Below are positions 25,744 to 36,533 of a stretch of 64,000 bases of DNA, piece after piece; within the stretch, counting starts at the first letter, position 1, and each line of letters begins with the position of its first letter. The notes beneath the pieces were generated by a model. It was not told the DNA's origin, made no database searches, and worked only from the letters and a program-made list of their open reading frames with translations. Position numbers and translations under genes: made by a program. Origin of the DNA: Ostrea edulis (taxonomy: Eukaryota); NCBI RefSeq assembly GCF_947568905.1, contig NC_079170.1:65224001-65288000 (forward strand), written 5' to 3'.

Positions 25744-26070
25744 AGGGACATGAAAACGATTTGAGCTGAACATTTTCAAATTTTATTTTCCAATTTTACT
25801 GTTTACAAAGCATTTCTAAAGGTCAACCAAAATTTGAATAGCAGTTGTTGAGTTACAAGTCAAGTGAGATACGGCACTCACAATTCTTTGTAAAGTAAAC
25901 AAGGCTAGTGCCATGTTTTTGTTTACATATAAATTGCTTAATAGAAAAAAAGCATGTTTAAACCAAAATGAGATGTGCCATACACTTGAAACTATTTAAA
26001 CCCTAACCCATATTCTAAACATTGAAAATGAAAAAATAAAATTTTCAGCTCAAATCGTGTCCATTACCCT
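25744..26070. mobile_element. Kolobok-like MITE
   Basis: TIRs agggacatgaaaacgatttgagctgaa / ttcagctcaaatcgtgtccattaccct; left flank TTAA, right flank degenerate (tgat). Confidence 0.6.
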
Positions 26071-26792
26071 TGATTTATATACAGGCTCAACAGAATTTAC
26101 TAACAAAGGCAGTAAAACAATAATGATATTTATTTCCAATTAATGATTGAAACACAAATTTGTTATAATAGCAACTACTAACTTACGGTAGTTGAACAAT
26201 AAATCTGAACAGAATTTACACACACAAAAATAGTAATCCCAAAACCTAGTTCCCAGTATAATAAAAATCCAAATATATTGAAAGTGTCGAACCAGAGCTT
26301 TTTTAATCAGAGTTGCCCCATTGTATTTATAATAGGAATGAATTTTCTAGTACAATATTGAAAGACATTACGCCACATTTCTACTAAAAGTAGTAAACAT
26401 GAGCTCTGTAACAATCTAGGTCACAGGTGTCAATTAAGTGCAAATAGTACACAACAAAAATAAATATGATGATATAGAATAATCTAGCTCACAGGTGTCA
26501 ATTGAGTTCAAGTAGTACACAACACCACCCTGGGACATTATTGTAATTGACTGCAAGTAATGGAAAAATAAATGTCAAAGCTACAGATCAGAAAATTCTA
26601 AATACCGTTTTTAACCGCAAAATGGCAGACAACGGACGTAACTGATGCGAAGTGTCGATACGTGTATTGGTTGTATAACAATACATTTATTCATCCATGC
26701 GCAACATTCTGCAGAAATCCAATAATTCAAAAAACCATCTTCACCTCTCACAACCAAGACATAAACCTAAAAGACTCTACTGATGGCGCGAA

Positions 26793-27257
26793 ATGGCCAA
26801 AAGTCTAAAGAAAAAGAAACAGGGAAAAAGAACGTCTGGTAAGAAAAACATACATGTATATGAACCAATTTCAATTTTGAATTTAATATACCGTAAAAAG
26901 ATAATTAACTATTTGATTTTCTGTATTCAGTTTCAGATTACCCAATCTCATTTGAAGACGAATTATGTTTTCGCCTAGATAGACAGTGGTTTTCTTTCGG
27001 TACTAACATTGGGTTTGAACACAGTACTTTGGTCCAGCTACATGGCTTGTATCCACAGAATCCAAAGAAATGTGCTAAGTGCATGCTTCAGAAATGGAAC
27101 ACCGTGGTAGTGAAACACACATTAAAATGTGTTCCTCTGTTGTATTTTGGTCTGACGGAAGTCAATCTTACAGATTTAGCAGACGATCTTCTTAAAGCAG
27201 CAAAATCTGGTAAATACACAATATTATATGAACCTTTCACCTAGGTGCTTAAATCAT

Positions 27258-27305
<48 letters not shown>

Positions 27306-30300
27306 CCAAATCACCAAACCATTGCTACTTGTAGATAAACCAGAATCTAAGCATGAGAGTATCTGGAATGACCTTCTCATGGATTTGAAAAAGATTTCCT
27401 TTACTATGGAACCAGAACAGGAAGATAAAGGTTAGTGAGACTGGCTGCAATGTGAGTTTATTTGTGAAGATTACCTTTCATTAGCTCATGCTTGCAAGAA
27501 ATCGGCTGATCTTCACTATTTCTCATATTGGTTTCAGTTAAATTGCCAAAGTTTATTTTTAGAAACAAAGGCCAAGGATGGGGATACATATGTCTTCAAA
27601 GACTGTAGTAATATTGTTATTGGGCAGGGATCAAAGCTTACCGTGAATCAGGCGTACACAGAGCTTGAGAACCCGAGAGGTAACATTAGAGATATACTGA
27701 ACTATTTTATTTATTCTTTAATCCAATACCCTCATGAAATATAAAAAGATTTATAATTGTATTCAGGTAAGCAGAAAAAGAAAGATGCCATTCTTCTTGG
27801 TATGCTGCAAAGTATTTTGTATCCGGATGAATCTGAAGAACCAAAGGCAATGAATTTACAAAAGCTAGAGACTGTTTTCACCAAGTTATTTGGGACATTT
27901 AAAAATGACAAAAAGACATTTCGTCAGGTATCGGGAGTTAGGTTGAAATCTTTTCTGCAAAAGTATCCACTGAAGTTTAAGTGCACGAAAGAAAAGAGGT
28001 CTGGATATATCATTACATTCATTCCAGGAGATGATAATTGGCATGATTGCTATGACTTTGACAGATTAAGTATCGCATCTCATTCCGAACATTGTGCTAG
28101 AGATGTTTCACGACAAAGTTCGGTTGGATCTGGGCATTTTCTAGATCCTAAACCAGAAGTTGAAGAATCAACAGATGATGGATGGAAATGTGTGAAACAC
28201 AAAATGTATGATAAAAAGAAATCAAAGCATGTAGACGAGAACGATCCATTTCCACCCTTGCCTCACAGCAGAAGAGTATCAGAAAAACCAACATTTCAGA
28301 AATCCTATGCAAGCGTAACATTGAACACAAACCGAATTGGGAAAAGTTGGAAAAAACATTCTGCATCGTTGTCTCCTGAACTTAAACAAATACCGAGGAA
28401 AACAGAGTTACCAATGTGCTCAATTCCAAATGGAGGGGTAACCTCTGATATGAAAGAATTATTTGCTTATCTGAATAACTTTAAAGCAGGGCATTTTGTG
28501 CTATTTACTAGTACTTTAATACAGGATATGTCCGAAAGTATAGAAGCTTTGGCGCTCGTTCCTTGGCTAAGCGTCTTTGATTTTGATAAAAATAGTCGAG
28601 TTGATGGGTTGCTATCGAGAATCGAGGACAGCATAAAACAGAGGCGATCGATATATGTTTGTACGTGGAAGGATCGTCCTCACCTTTCACACCATGGGAC
28701 GCAGTGGTGCATGCTTCGAGGTTCAGTCCAAGAGACAGACAGTCGAACACCTGACAATGATATGAAATGGATGTTTCTGATCAGAGAGAACTATGAAAAG
28801 CAGGTTGTAGAATTAGCAAATATATCTGATAATTACTGTACATTAACGTTCATAGTTTTCTGGCCCAGTGATTTTGATACATGTCAGTACATGTTCAAAG
28901 CGCTTTCAAAAATAGCGGAGCTTATTGAAAACCCAAACATTGTTATCTGTAACAATGGAAGCGAAATATCGACAGAGAGCAAAACACTTCTTGGACTTCT
29001 CAAACCTAGGCTTACACTTGTTAAAGATTTTGAAGAAATACTTCAAGGGATATCCGATCTGCTAGGTGAAAAATATTCAATTCAAAATGTAGATTACAAG
29101 CTGCCTACGTTCGATAAGACAGATGTTCCAAACATTGATGAATCAATGGCTGCCATTTTCAGAGAAGATTTCGAAATTCTCTACATGGACAATCCTTATC
29201 GCAAAACTCAGGAAAATGAGATGACAATGGAAGAATTACATGAAGAAGAAAAACATTTCTATCGAGGAGGAAATCTTCATTGGGTCGCTCTTTATCTTGC
29301 AGGGGCTGGACATTTTGACGCAGAACGGGATCTAACATTAAATATTGTAGGGAGGATTAAACGACTATACTTAGAACCCTTTAAATCTGGCAAAATCACA
29401 ATTTATCATGCTCCTGGTGCAGGAGGGTCCACCTTGGGCCAGAGAGTGTTGTGGGAATTAAGAACCATAACTCCATGTGGACAGGTTCGAATGAGTTCCC
29501 AGTCATCAGTTCAAGATTTAGTCGATAGAATAGAAACACTTTTTGAGAAGACAAATTTACCAGTCGTCTTGCTAATTGACGGCGAAGACCAGCAAAAGCT
29601 AACATATTTGCACAAGCTCCTGGAAAGGGCTCATTTGATTGTTATTTTACTACATATAAAGCGTTGTACACAGCCAAAAAAAGCTAACAGTTTAAAAGAC
29701 ACAGAGTTTTGGCTACCTGGTACTGTATCATCAAATGAAGCAAACAAACTGGGAATAAAATTTTCAAAACAGTGTGATACACCGATAAAGAAAGATCACA
29801 TAGATATCCTAGTAAAGGATGTTTTAGCCGGCAAAGAGCACCTTATGTATGAATTCGGGATGGAAGCCTTCCTGTCAGAATTTAAAGGCGTCAGGTCTTT
29901 TGTTCACGGCTACCTTCAGCTCGACCAAAATCCAACTGCAACACTTCTCTCCTGGCAGAAAATACTTGGATACTTGTCTTTGGTTTACTACTATGGTCAA
30001 ACATCAATACCTTGCCAGTTTTTTTCAACGCTGTTGCAGCTCCCACCAAATTACAATGTTACCATGGAAGATTTCCCATATCCAGTTCAGTTGTTCATTG
30101 TTTCATGCTCAAACGAAAACAGACGAAATACAATACGCATTTGTCATTATATTGTTGCGAAGGAAATATTAGAGCACTTGCTTACATGGAACAAGAAAAA
30201 AGGTAGGCAATGTGGCAGTTCAGGGTTAAGTATTACTGCTCGATACGAGCTCTATGAATTCCTGACTATGTTCTTAGAAGACATCAAGGCAAAGAAAATT

Positions 30301-32040
30301 AAAAGCATAGTGAAATCAGGGATCATTGCAGATATCTTACGACGAACACTCATTTTCAGAGATAACCAAGACGTTGGAGATAATGAAGTGCCTGGCAGGA
30401 GGAAACTTTCTCGCCTTATGGCGGATATCGAATGCAAAGCACCATACATGGAAAGGATTGACATCTTAAAACGTTTAACTGACATCTTTCCAGAGGATGC
30501 TAATTTTCACGCTCACCTGGGTAGAATGTATTCCATTTGCAGTCCAGAGGATGAAAAGAAAGCTGAATATTGCTTTAATCACGCAGTCGATTTGTGTAGG
30601 AAGAAAAAGGCAGGAACGCCTTACGAAAACTTGGATGATAGTACAAAACATACACTCAAACATGTTTATCACATGTTTGGTATGTTTTACCTGCAGAGAA
30701 TTACTAAATATACAGGGAAATCTCATGGGGATAGACCAGAAATTGTTACACCACCAGACAACTTCGAAAGAAAAATTAAGGAATTGCTTCAAGATGCAAA
30801 AGATGCTTGTTTCTACTTTTCTGAGACAAGAGAATTGACAATTTTAATTGGATATGAAGAGGCATATGGGTACGTTGGAGAAATTGCAACAAGATTGAAA
30901 ATCTGTGAATTTATTTACAGACATATGTCTTTCAAAGAATTTGAAGAGTTTTTAGAAGTGTCACCAGAGTCAGAAATCGTTAACTTTGTGACAGATAGCA
31001 TCACTAAAATCCTTGAACTGTTTTTGCAATGCTACGGGTGTGTCGATTCATCAGATTTACCACCTGGATTTTTTAGATACATATTTTGGTATAACGCACT
31101 TTTCAAATCACAGGCTAAAGAACTTGAGAAGTTGGACATAACAGAAGACATATATTCCCGACGCCTCCATGTTGCTGTCATCAAGCTTAAATACGGCAAA
31201 GATGAATCGCTTGGGACCCTAGAAACAATATCTTCAAAATCCGACATTGAAGATATCGTGCGTATCTGTGAAAAGAACTTTAAAGAAGCAGATCAGGGTG
31301 GGATCACTCCGATAAGAAGTGCCATTGACCTTGAATACAAAGATTGGCTCAATGCAATCCGGCATAACAAATTTACGGAAACATATTGCACCGCAGATGT
31401 ATTACGACGAGTTCGTCATTGGCATGATATATTGAAAAGTCCTAGTTCGAAATTTTACCTGTTTATTCTTCTGAGCATACTTGGCTTTGGGTATTCAGAA
31501 GAAACATCACCCAATGATGAAATGCTTCGGGAGGCAAATGAATTGCTTGAGCAACTGCGGAAAGGAAGCAGAACGTTAGCTAAACCAAGACGTCCAAGAG
31601 AATGGTATGGTAAAGGACATGGCATAAAATGTCTCATACCAAGTTGGAAAGTCGGCCATAGCGGAGAGGACCGAGTGAATGCCAGAGATTGTACTAACAT
31701 CCATTTAGCTGTATTCAAGGGGACCATAACCAGACCGCACACGCAGAGGCAAACGGGCTACATCAAAATGGATCTCGGTGACAATAAGTACCCCGTTCGG
31801 GTATTTTTTATTCCCGTGAGAGCAAAAGAGCCGCTTGTTGGGAGTCGTTATGCCGGCGAACGTGTTGAATTTGTTTTAGCTTTCACCTACGCTGACGGAT
31901 ATGAGGCATACGACGTGGCGCTGTTGAAGAAGTATCACTGCTTTAACTGCAATAGGAATGTCGAAATTACAAGCGACAAGTTTTCTGTCCTTTGTAAATG
32001 TGGACAGTTTGTAACAAAGTCAGACAACAAGTTTCCTTAA
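26793..32040 (+). CDS. SAMD9-family STAND NTPase: Death domain - RHIM-like motif - LOTUS/OST-HTH - Sir2-like - P-loop NTPase - TPR - OB fold - Zn ribbon, ~1601 aa
   Basis: Exons 26793-26838, 26937-27209 (alternative acceptor 26931), 27335-27430, 27563-27679, 27767-32040; all introns phase 1. SAMD9-type motifs: HFVLF..LVPWLSVFDFD (Sir2-like), EEKHFYRGG, IYHAPGAGGSTLGQRVLWELR (Lys-less Walker A as in SAMD9), PVVLLIDGE (Walker B), ERVEFVLAFTYADGYEAYDV (OB fold). Exon 2 reads as a Death domain: QWFSFGTNIGF..YPQNPKKCAKCMLQKW..LYFGLTEVNLTDLADDL. Confidence 0.88.
27259..27302. repeat. (GA)n microsatellite in SAMD9-like intron 2
   Basis: Pure GA run. Confidence 0.95.
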
Positions 32041-32707
32041 ACAACTGAGGGTATTTTGACTGTGTTCAATGTGGTTGTGTTCGGGTTTGCGTTTTTGATA
32101 TACGGTTGTATCAAGTTATAAGCTTGGTGACAATGACAAATAGGGTCGCTATGTCTCTAATTTGGTCATTGTAAAAGGATACCTCCAAAATACATTGAAT
32201 GGTACGCTCGAAAAAAGTACTTGTTGAACTTGGAGGATATTTTTCTGTAAAATGAATAGTTGAATGGAGAGTGTACTTTTAGACTATGATAAATTGAATT
32301 TAGAAGCCACTGTTAGCATTTAAAGTGCATGAACTCTGGTGGTTTATATGACTTTTTCGGTCAATGCTTGTTATATCTGTCTGTCTGTCTGTTAGTTACA
32401 TTTTAAGGAGGTATACTACATCATCATAATGGCTGACTTCCTTTTAAAACATGACTGGAAATATAAATAGCAACAATATTTGCCTATTCCATTTAGATTT
32501 CATTGCCTAGATGAGTAGCTCAATCGGTTAACATGCTGATATGTTCAAATCCAGCAGGGGTTTTAATTTTTTCAGATTACCTCTACTATAGCTGCATCTT
32601 TGGACTGAATAAAGTAGATTTAAACGTTTTCAATATCAATATATTGTCGTGCATACCCTCCTCTTTTCATCAACATTACATTTCCGGTGTAGAATTATAG
32701 ACTGCAA

Positions 32708-32876
32708 AAACCAAGACCCCCTGTCACAGCAGGTGCGATAAAGACCCCTCCATGCTCAAAGACCGTAAGCACCGGGCATAGCCCTAAATTTTACAGCCCT
32801 TTGAACATCGGCAATGGTCATGTCTCAAATTCTCGAACGGGACGATAAACAATATACAACCAGCCAACATTCCTCC
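32708..32876 (+). mobile_element. tRNA-SINE 3' fragment
   Basis: ccctgtcacagcaggtg..gataaagacccc..gctcaaag..cctaaattt..ctcgaacgggacgataaacaat is the reverse-complement counterpart of the body of the SINE at 43424. Confidence 0.6.
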
Positions 32877-35315
32877 TTATGATTCCGACCATAGAATGAC
32901 ATGGACCGGATATTCAACCAACGGTTCTAACAACTACAGAGAGGAACATCATGTGATGGGGAAAATAAACAAAATATTGGAATTGAGTAATTTTCAACTC
33001 TTTTTTTTATTGATGCAATGGGCTAAAAGGAAATTTTTTAATCAGATGTACATACAAAGTTAAAATGACGGTCATTGATGCTCAATGATTTACATAGAAA
33101 ACACTCGGAATTAAGGAGATACGACATACCAAAGAAAATTGTATCAGAGGAAATGCGGTATTTATTCACAATAATATTTTAAAATTGAAAACTTTGATCA
33201 GAAACCTGTTATATATGTCTCTGCTTTAATCTACTTTATTGAGCGAAAAATATTTGCAGTTATAGTAAAATCTTTAAATACTGAAAACCTCTTTAAGTTT
33301 TTTGATCACCAACTGAGCTAGCCAGCTATGTATGTAAAACAATATAAAAGGATAAATTAATCATGATTGATACTTCCGGTATTTATGTAAATTTTCTGCT
33401 TCGAACAAAAGTGAGCCATTATGACGATGTGTTTTTCATCTTTAAAATTGTCTGTTCTTGGACTTCGTATCTAAGATCGGCAATTTTCAGGATTGAAACT
33501 CGGGTGAACGTCGTAGTGCTTGTTACGTTACGAAATTTGTAAAGGTGTCCTAAAGAAGTAAGCACGTTTTTACTCCTTAGTTGCACATATTCAGAATGAT
33601 TTCTGTGATTTGAAATCGAACCTTTCAGATTTGCCTTAGGTGTTACATACATATGTATATATTTTGCCTTATTCTGGTTGTAATTAATACAACTATTACT
33701 CGTTTTATTAGAAACTTGTATATTTCTATGGTGCTCCATCATCGTTATATATTGTCCGTCTGTACAAAGTTTTCCCACTGTATCGGACATCATTGAGGTA
33801 ATTAATCAATCGTGGTTAAAAATTAAATTCCATGTGGTGAAATTTATTCAAAATTTAGAATCCGTTTTCATCATTTAAAAATAAGTTTGTTGGTAGCAAG
33901 TGACCCTGAATAGTATTTTTTTTTTATCGTTAATATATATATTTTTTATCTCTTGATGGTTAATGAATTGGTCAGCAAGATCAATCCATACTGCATGCTA
34001 AACATGTATATAAGATAACAATTATACAGTATGGTTTTAAATGTCAATGTTTATATCTATAACAGAATAGAGTTTAATGTTTTGTGATGAATTTAAGTCA
34101 CACTTGTTTCTGATTTACACGATAAAGATGATGAACAGCTTTACATCTCTGGTAAAAAGTCATTGATATTGAAAATATTTTTGTCCGCATAGGAAATGTA
34201 GCGCTCAACTTTTGTACCAATAATGTTGCATGCGTTGGATTTGAAAAATGTGCCTTCACATAAACATATGAGAGTTATCTGTAGTGTTTATTATGTTTTC
34301 TGAATGAATGGAGATTATTGAACAACTATACAGTACAGTCATCACGTACACTGTATGGTACTGAATAGGCTGAATTTACTTCAGCAGTTATACATATAGT
34401 TTTTGAATGCCCAGATCGGAATTATAACGAGAGGTCATCGCTCACCTGAGTCACCTGTTGTGAGTTTTAAAATATTTTTTTGATCAATCTAAATGATAAC
34501 ATTTGACCTTATATTGTGGCCCCTACATAGCCCTAAAGGATCACAACATAACTGAAAATGAATTCACGTAACACATAGCTGCAATATTAATGTGACTAAC
34601 AAGATCTTGCTATTCTAGATAAGACCACAGGGCATACTAAATAGGTCAGATTTTTATCTAAAGTAAATCAAACTTCCATGTCAAGGTCACATGATCACAC
34701 ACCATTGCATTACTAAAAAGTCTTGCCATAAGATATTCACATTTGATATTCGGTACATTGCTTTGCTATGGCATAACAAGTTACAGATCAAGCTTAAATT
34801 TTCTCTCAGTCCTTTGATTTTTCACTAAGTTATTGCCCTTGGACTTAGAAATCGCATTCCGGATTGGTTTTTTTTTGGGGGGGTGGGGGGTGGGGTGGGT
34901 GGGGGTGTTGTGCCTCCAGATATTCATTTGATATTTGGTACAATGCTTTGCCATAACAAGTTACAGATCAAGTTTAAATTTTGTGATTTTTCGCTGAGTT
35001 AAGGTCCTTGGACTTCGACAAATAGTGTGAATTTTCAGTTTTTCCGACAATTTTTTTGTACTTGCATTATATTGCATATATATAATCCCATCGAGGCCAA
35101 ATAACATATCAAATATAGAATTTAACCCCCCCCCCCACACACACACACACACCCACCCACACACAGAAGCACTTTCAAAATGTCACATGTATATTTTCAA
35201 TATTTTTATAACATCTACATGTGTATAATGTAAAAGGTCTGAAAAATGTTTTAAGCTGCGAGAGGAGTTGGTTATACAAAGTAGGTACCATGCTTAAAGT
35301 TCAACTACATCATGC

Positions 35316-35406
35316 AAGGTGAAGATAACGAACAGTGATCAATCTCATAATTCCTACAAGCAATACAAAATAGATAGTTGGGCAAACACGGACCCCTGGA
35401 CACACC
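35316..35406 (-). mobile_element. Penelope-like terminal fragment
   Basis: aaggtgaagataacgaacagtgatcaatctcataa..acggacccctgga. Confidence 0.7.
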
Positions 35407-35610
35407 ATGTAAATGTAAATTTTTCAAATGTCCCATTACTTCCAAATAGACACACGCACATCTTCAATGCTTCCATAACAGCTGTACAAGGTCTGAAGGA
35501 TGTCAAATAAATGCTGTAAGAGGAGTTGATTACAAACATGCTTAAAAATAACTTAAGTTCAACTACATGTTCAAAAAGGCACATGCACATTTACAATGTA
35601 TCCATAACAA

Positions 35611-35794
35611 CTGGGCTGCGTTCAAGATCGGAGCGGCTACGTAGGGCTCGGTAGCGCTACAATCTTGAACGATGTGCTAGGCTAGCCCTACATAGGGATA
35701 ACAAGCGTTAATTCATACAGTGCGTTCAATAGACCTAGATATCTAGCCTAGCAGCTAGGCTAGCCGCTACGGTGCGATTTTGAGCGCAGCCCGG
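35611..35794. mobile_element. MITE-like element inserted in degenerate HINE-type core repeats
   Basis: TIRs ctgggctgcgttcaagatcg / cgattttgagcgcagcccgg; internal ctagcc/ggctag palindromes; no clear TSD. Confidence 0.65.
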
Positions 35795-36301
35795 CACAAA
35801 GTTTGAGGAACATCAAGTTAGAGGTGTGAGAGGAGTTGATTACACAAAATAGGTACCGTCTATTCAAGAAATGCTTTTAAAAAATGACTACGTTCAACTA
35901 CATGAAAATTTTCGAAAAAATGTCTGATCACTTTCAAAAAAGCGCATGCACATCTTCAATGTATCCATAACAACGGTACAAAGTTTGAGGAATGTCAAGT
36001 ACACAAAGTAGGTACCCTATTACAGGGATGCCCGCCATTCACCATTCTGTAAGTCGTTTGCACATATTCCAACCCAGTCATAAATTGGTTAAAACTGCAT
36101 GGGTCAGCCGTTCCAGAGAAGGAGTACATGCAGCAGTAGAAATATGGCCGTTTTAAAAGATGCATTGCAGGACTGGTCAATGAAGACCATGATTATATAG
36201 TTACCACCTTCAAACAATCTTGCTAATTATTCGTGAACAGTGTCTGGTGCTTAAAATAATATGCTTCCTGTAGAAACCTTTTAAGGTTCAAGATACATGC
36301 A

Positions 36302-36533
36302 CCTTAATTCTGGTCATGCTAGGCTCCGAAAACTTAATTCTGGTCAAACACGTGCTCCGAAAACTTAATTCAAGTCAAGCACGTGCTCCGTAAACTTAAT
36401 TCTAGTCATGCACATGCTTCGTAAACTTAATTCTGGTCATGCACGGGCTCTGAAAACTTAATTCTGGTCATGCACGTTCTCCGAAAACTTAATTCTGGTC
36501 ATGCATGGGCTCCGAAAACTTAATTCTGGTCAT
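36302..36533. repeat. ~30-bp degenerate minisatellite, ~8 copies
   Basis: Unit aaacttaattctggtcatgcacgtgctccg. Confidence 0.9.

Noticed and set aside
26783-26838. ATG 26783 as the SAMD9-like start codon
   Set aside because: It leaves exon 1 in phase 2, and no nearby acceptor restores the Death-domain frame; ATG 26793 does.
27757-32040. Intronless bacterial gene, contaminant or recent horizontal transfer
   Set aside because: The ORF starts at a phase-1 acceptor (27767) and joins four upstream spliceosomal exons; a single large coding exon is also typical of vertebrate SAMD9.
33419-33793. 124-aa ORF (-) and other short ORFs in 32.1-40.4 kb and 43-46 kb
   Set aside because: AT-rich with no motifs or coherent exon chain; expected by chance.
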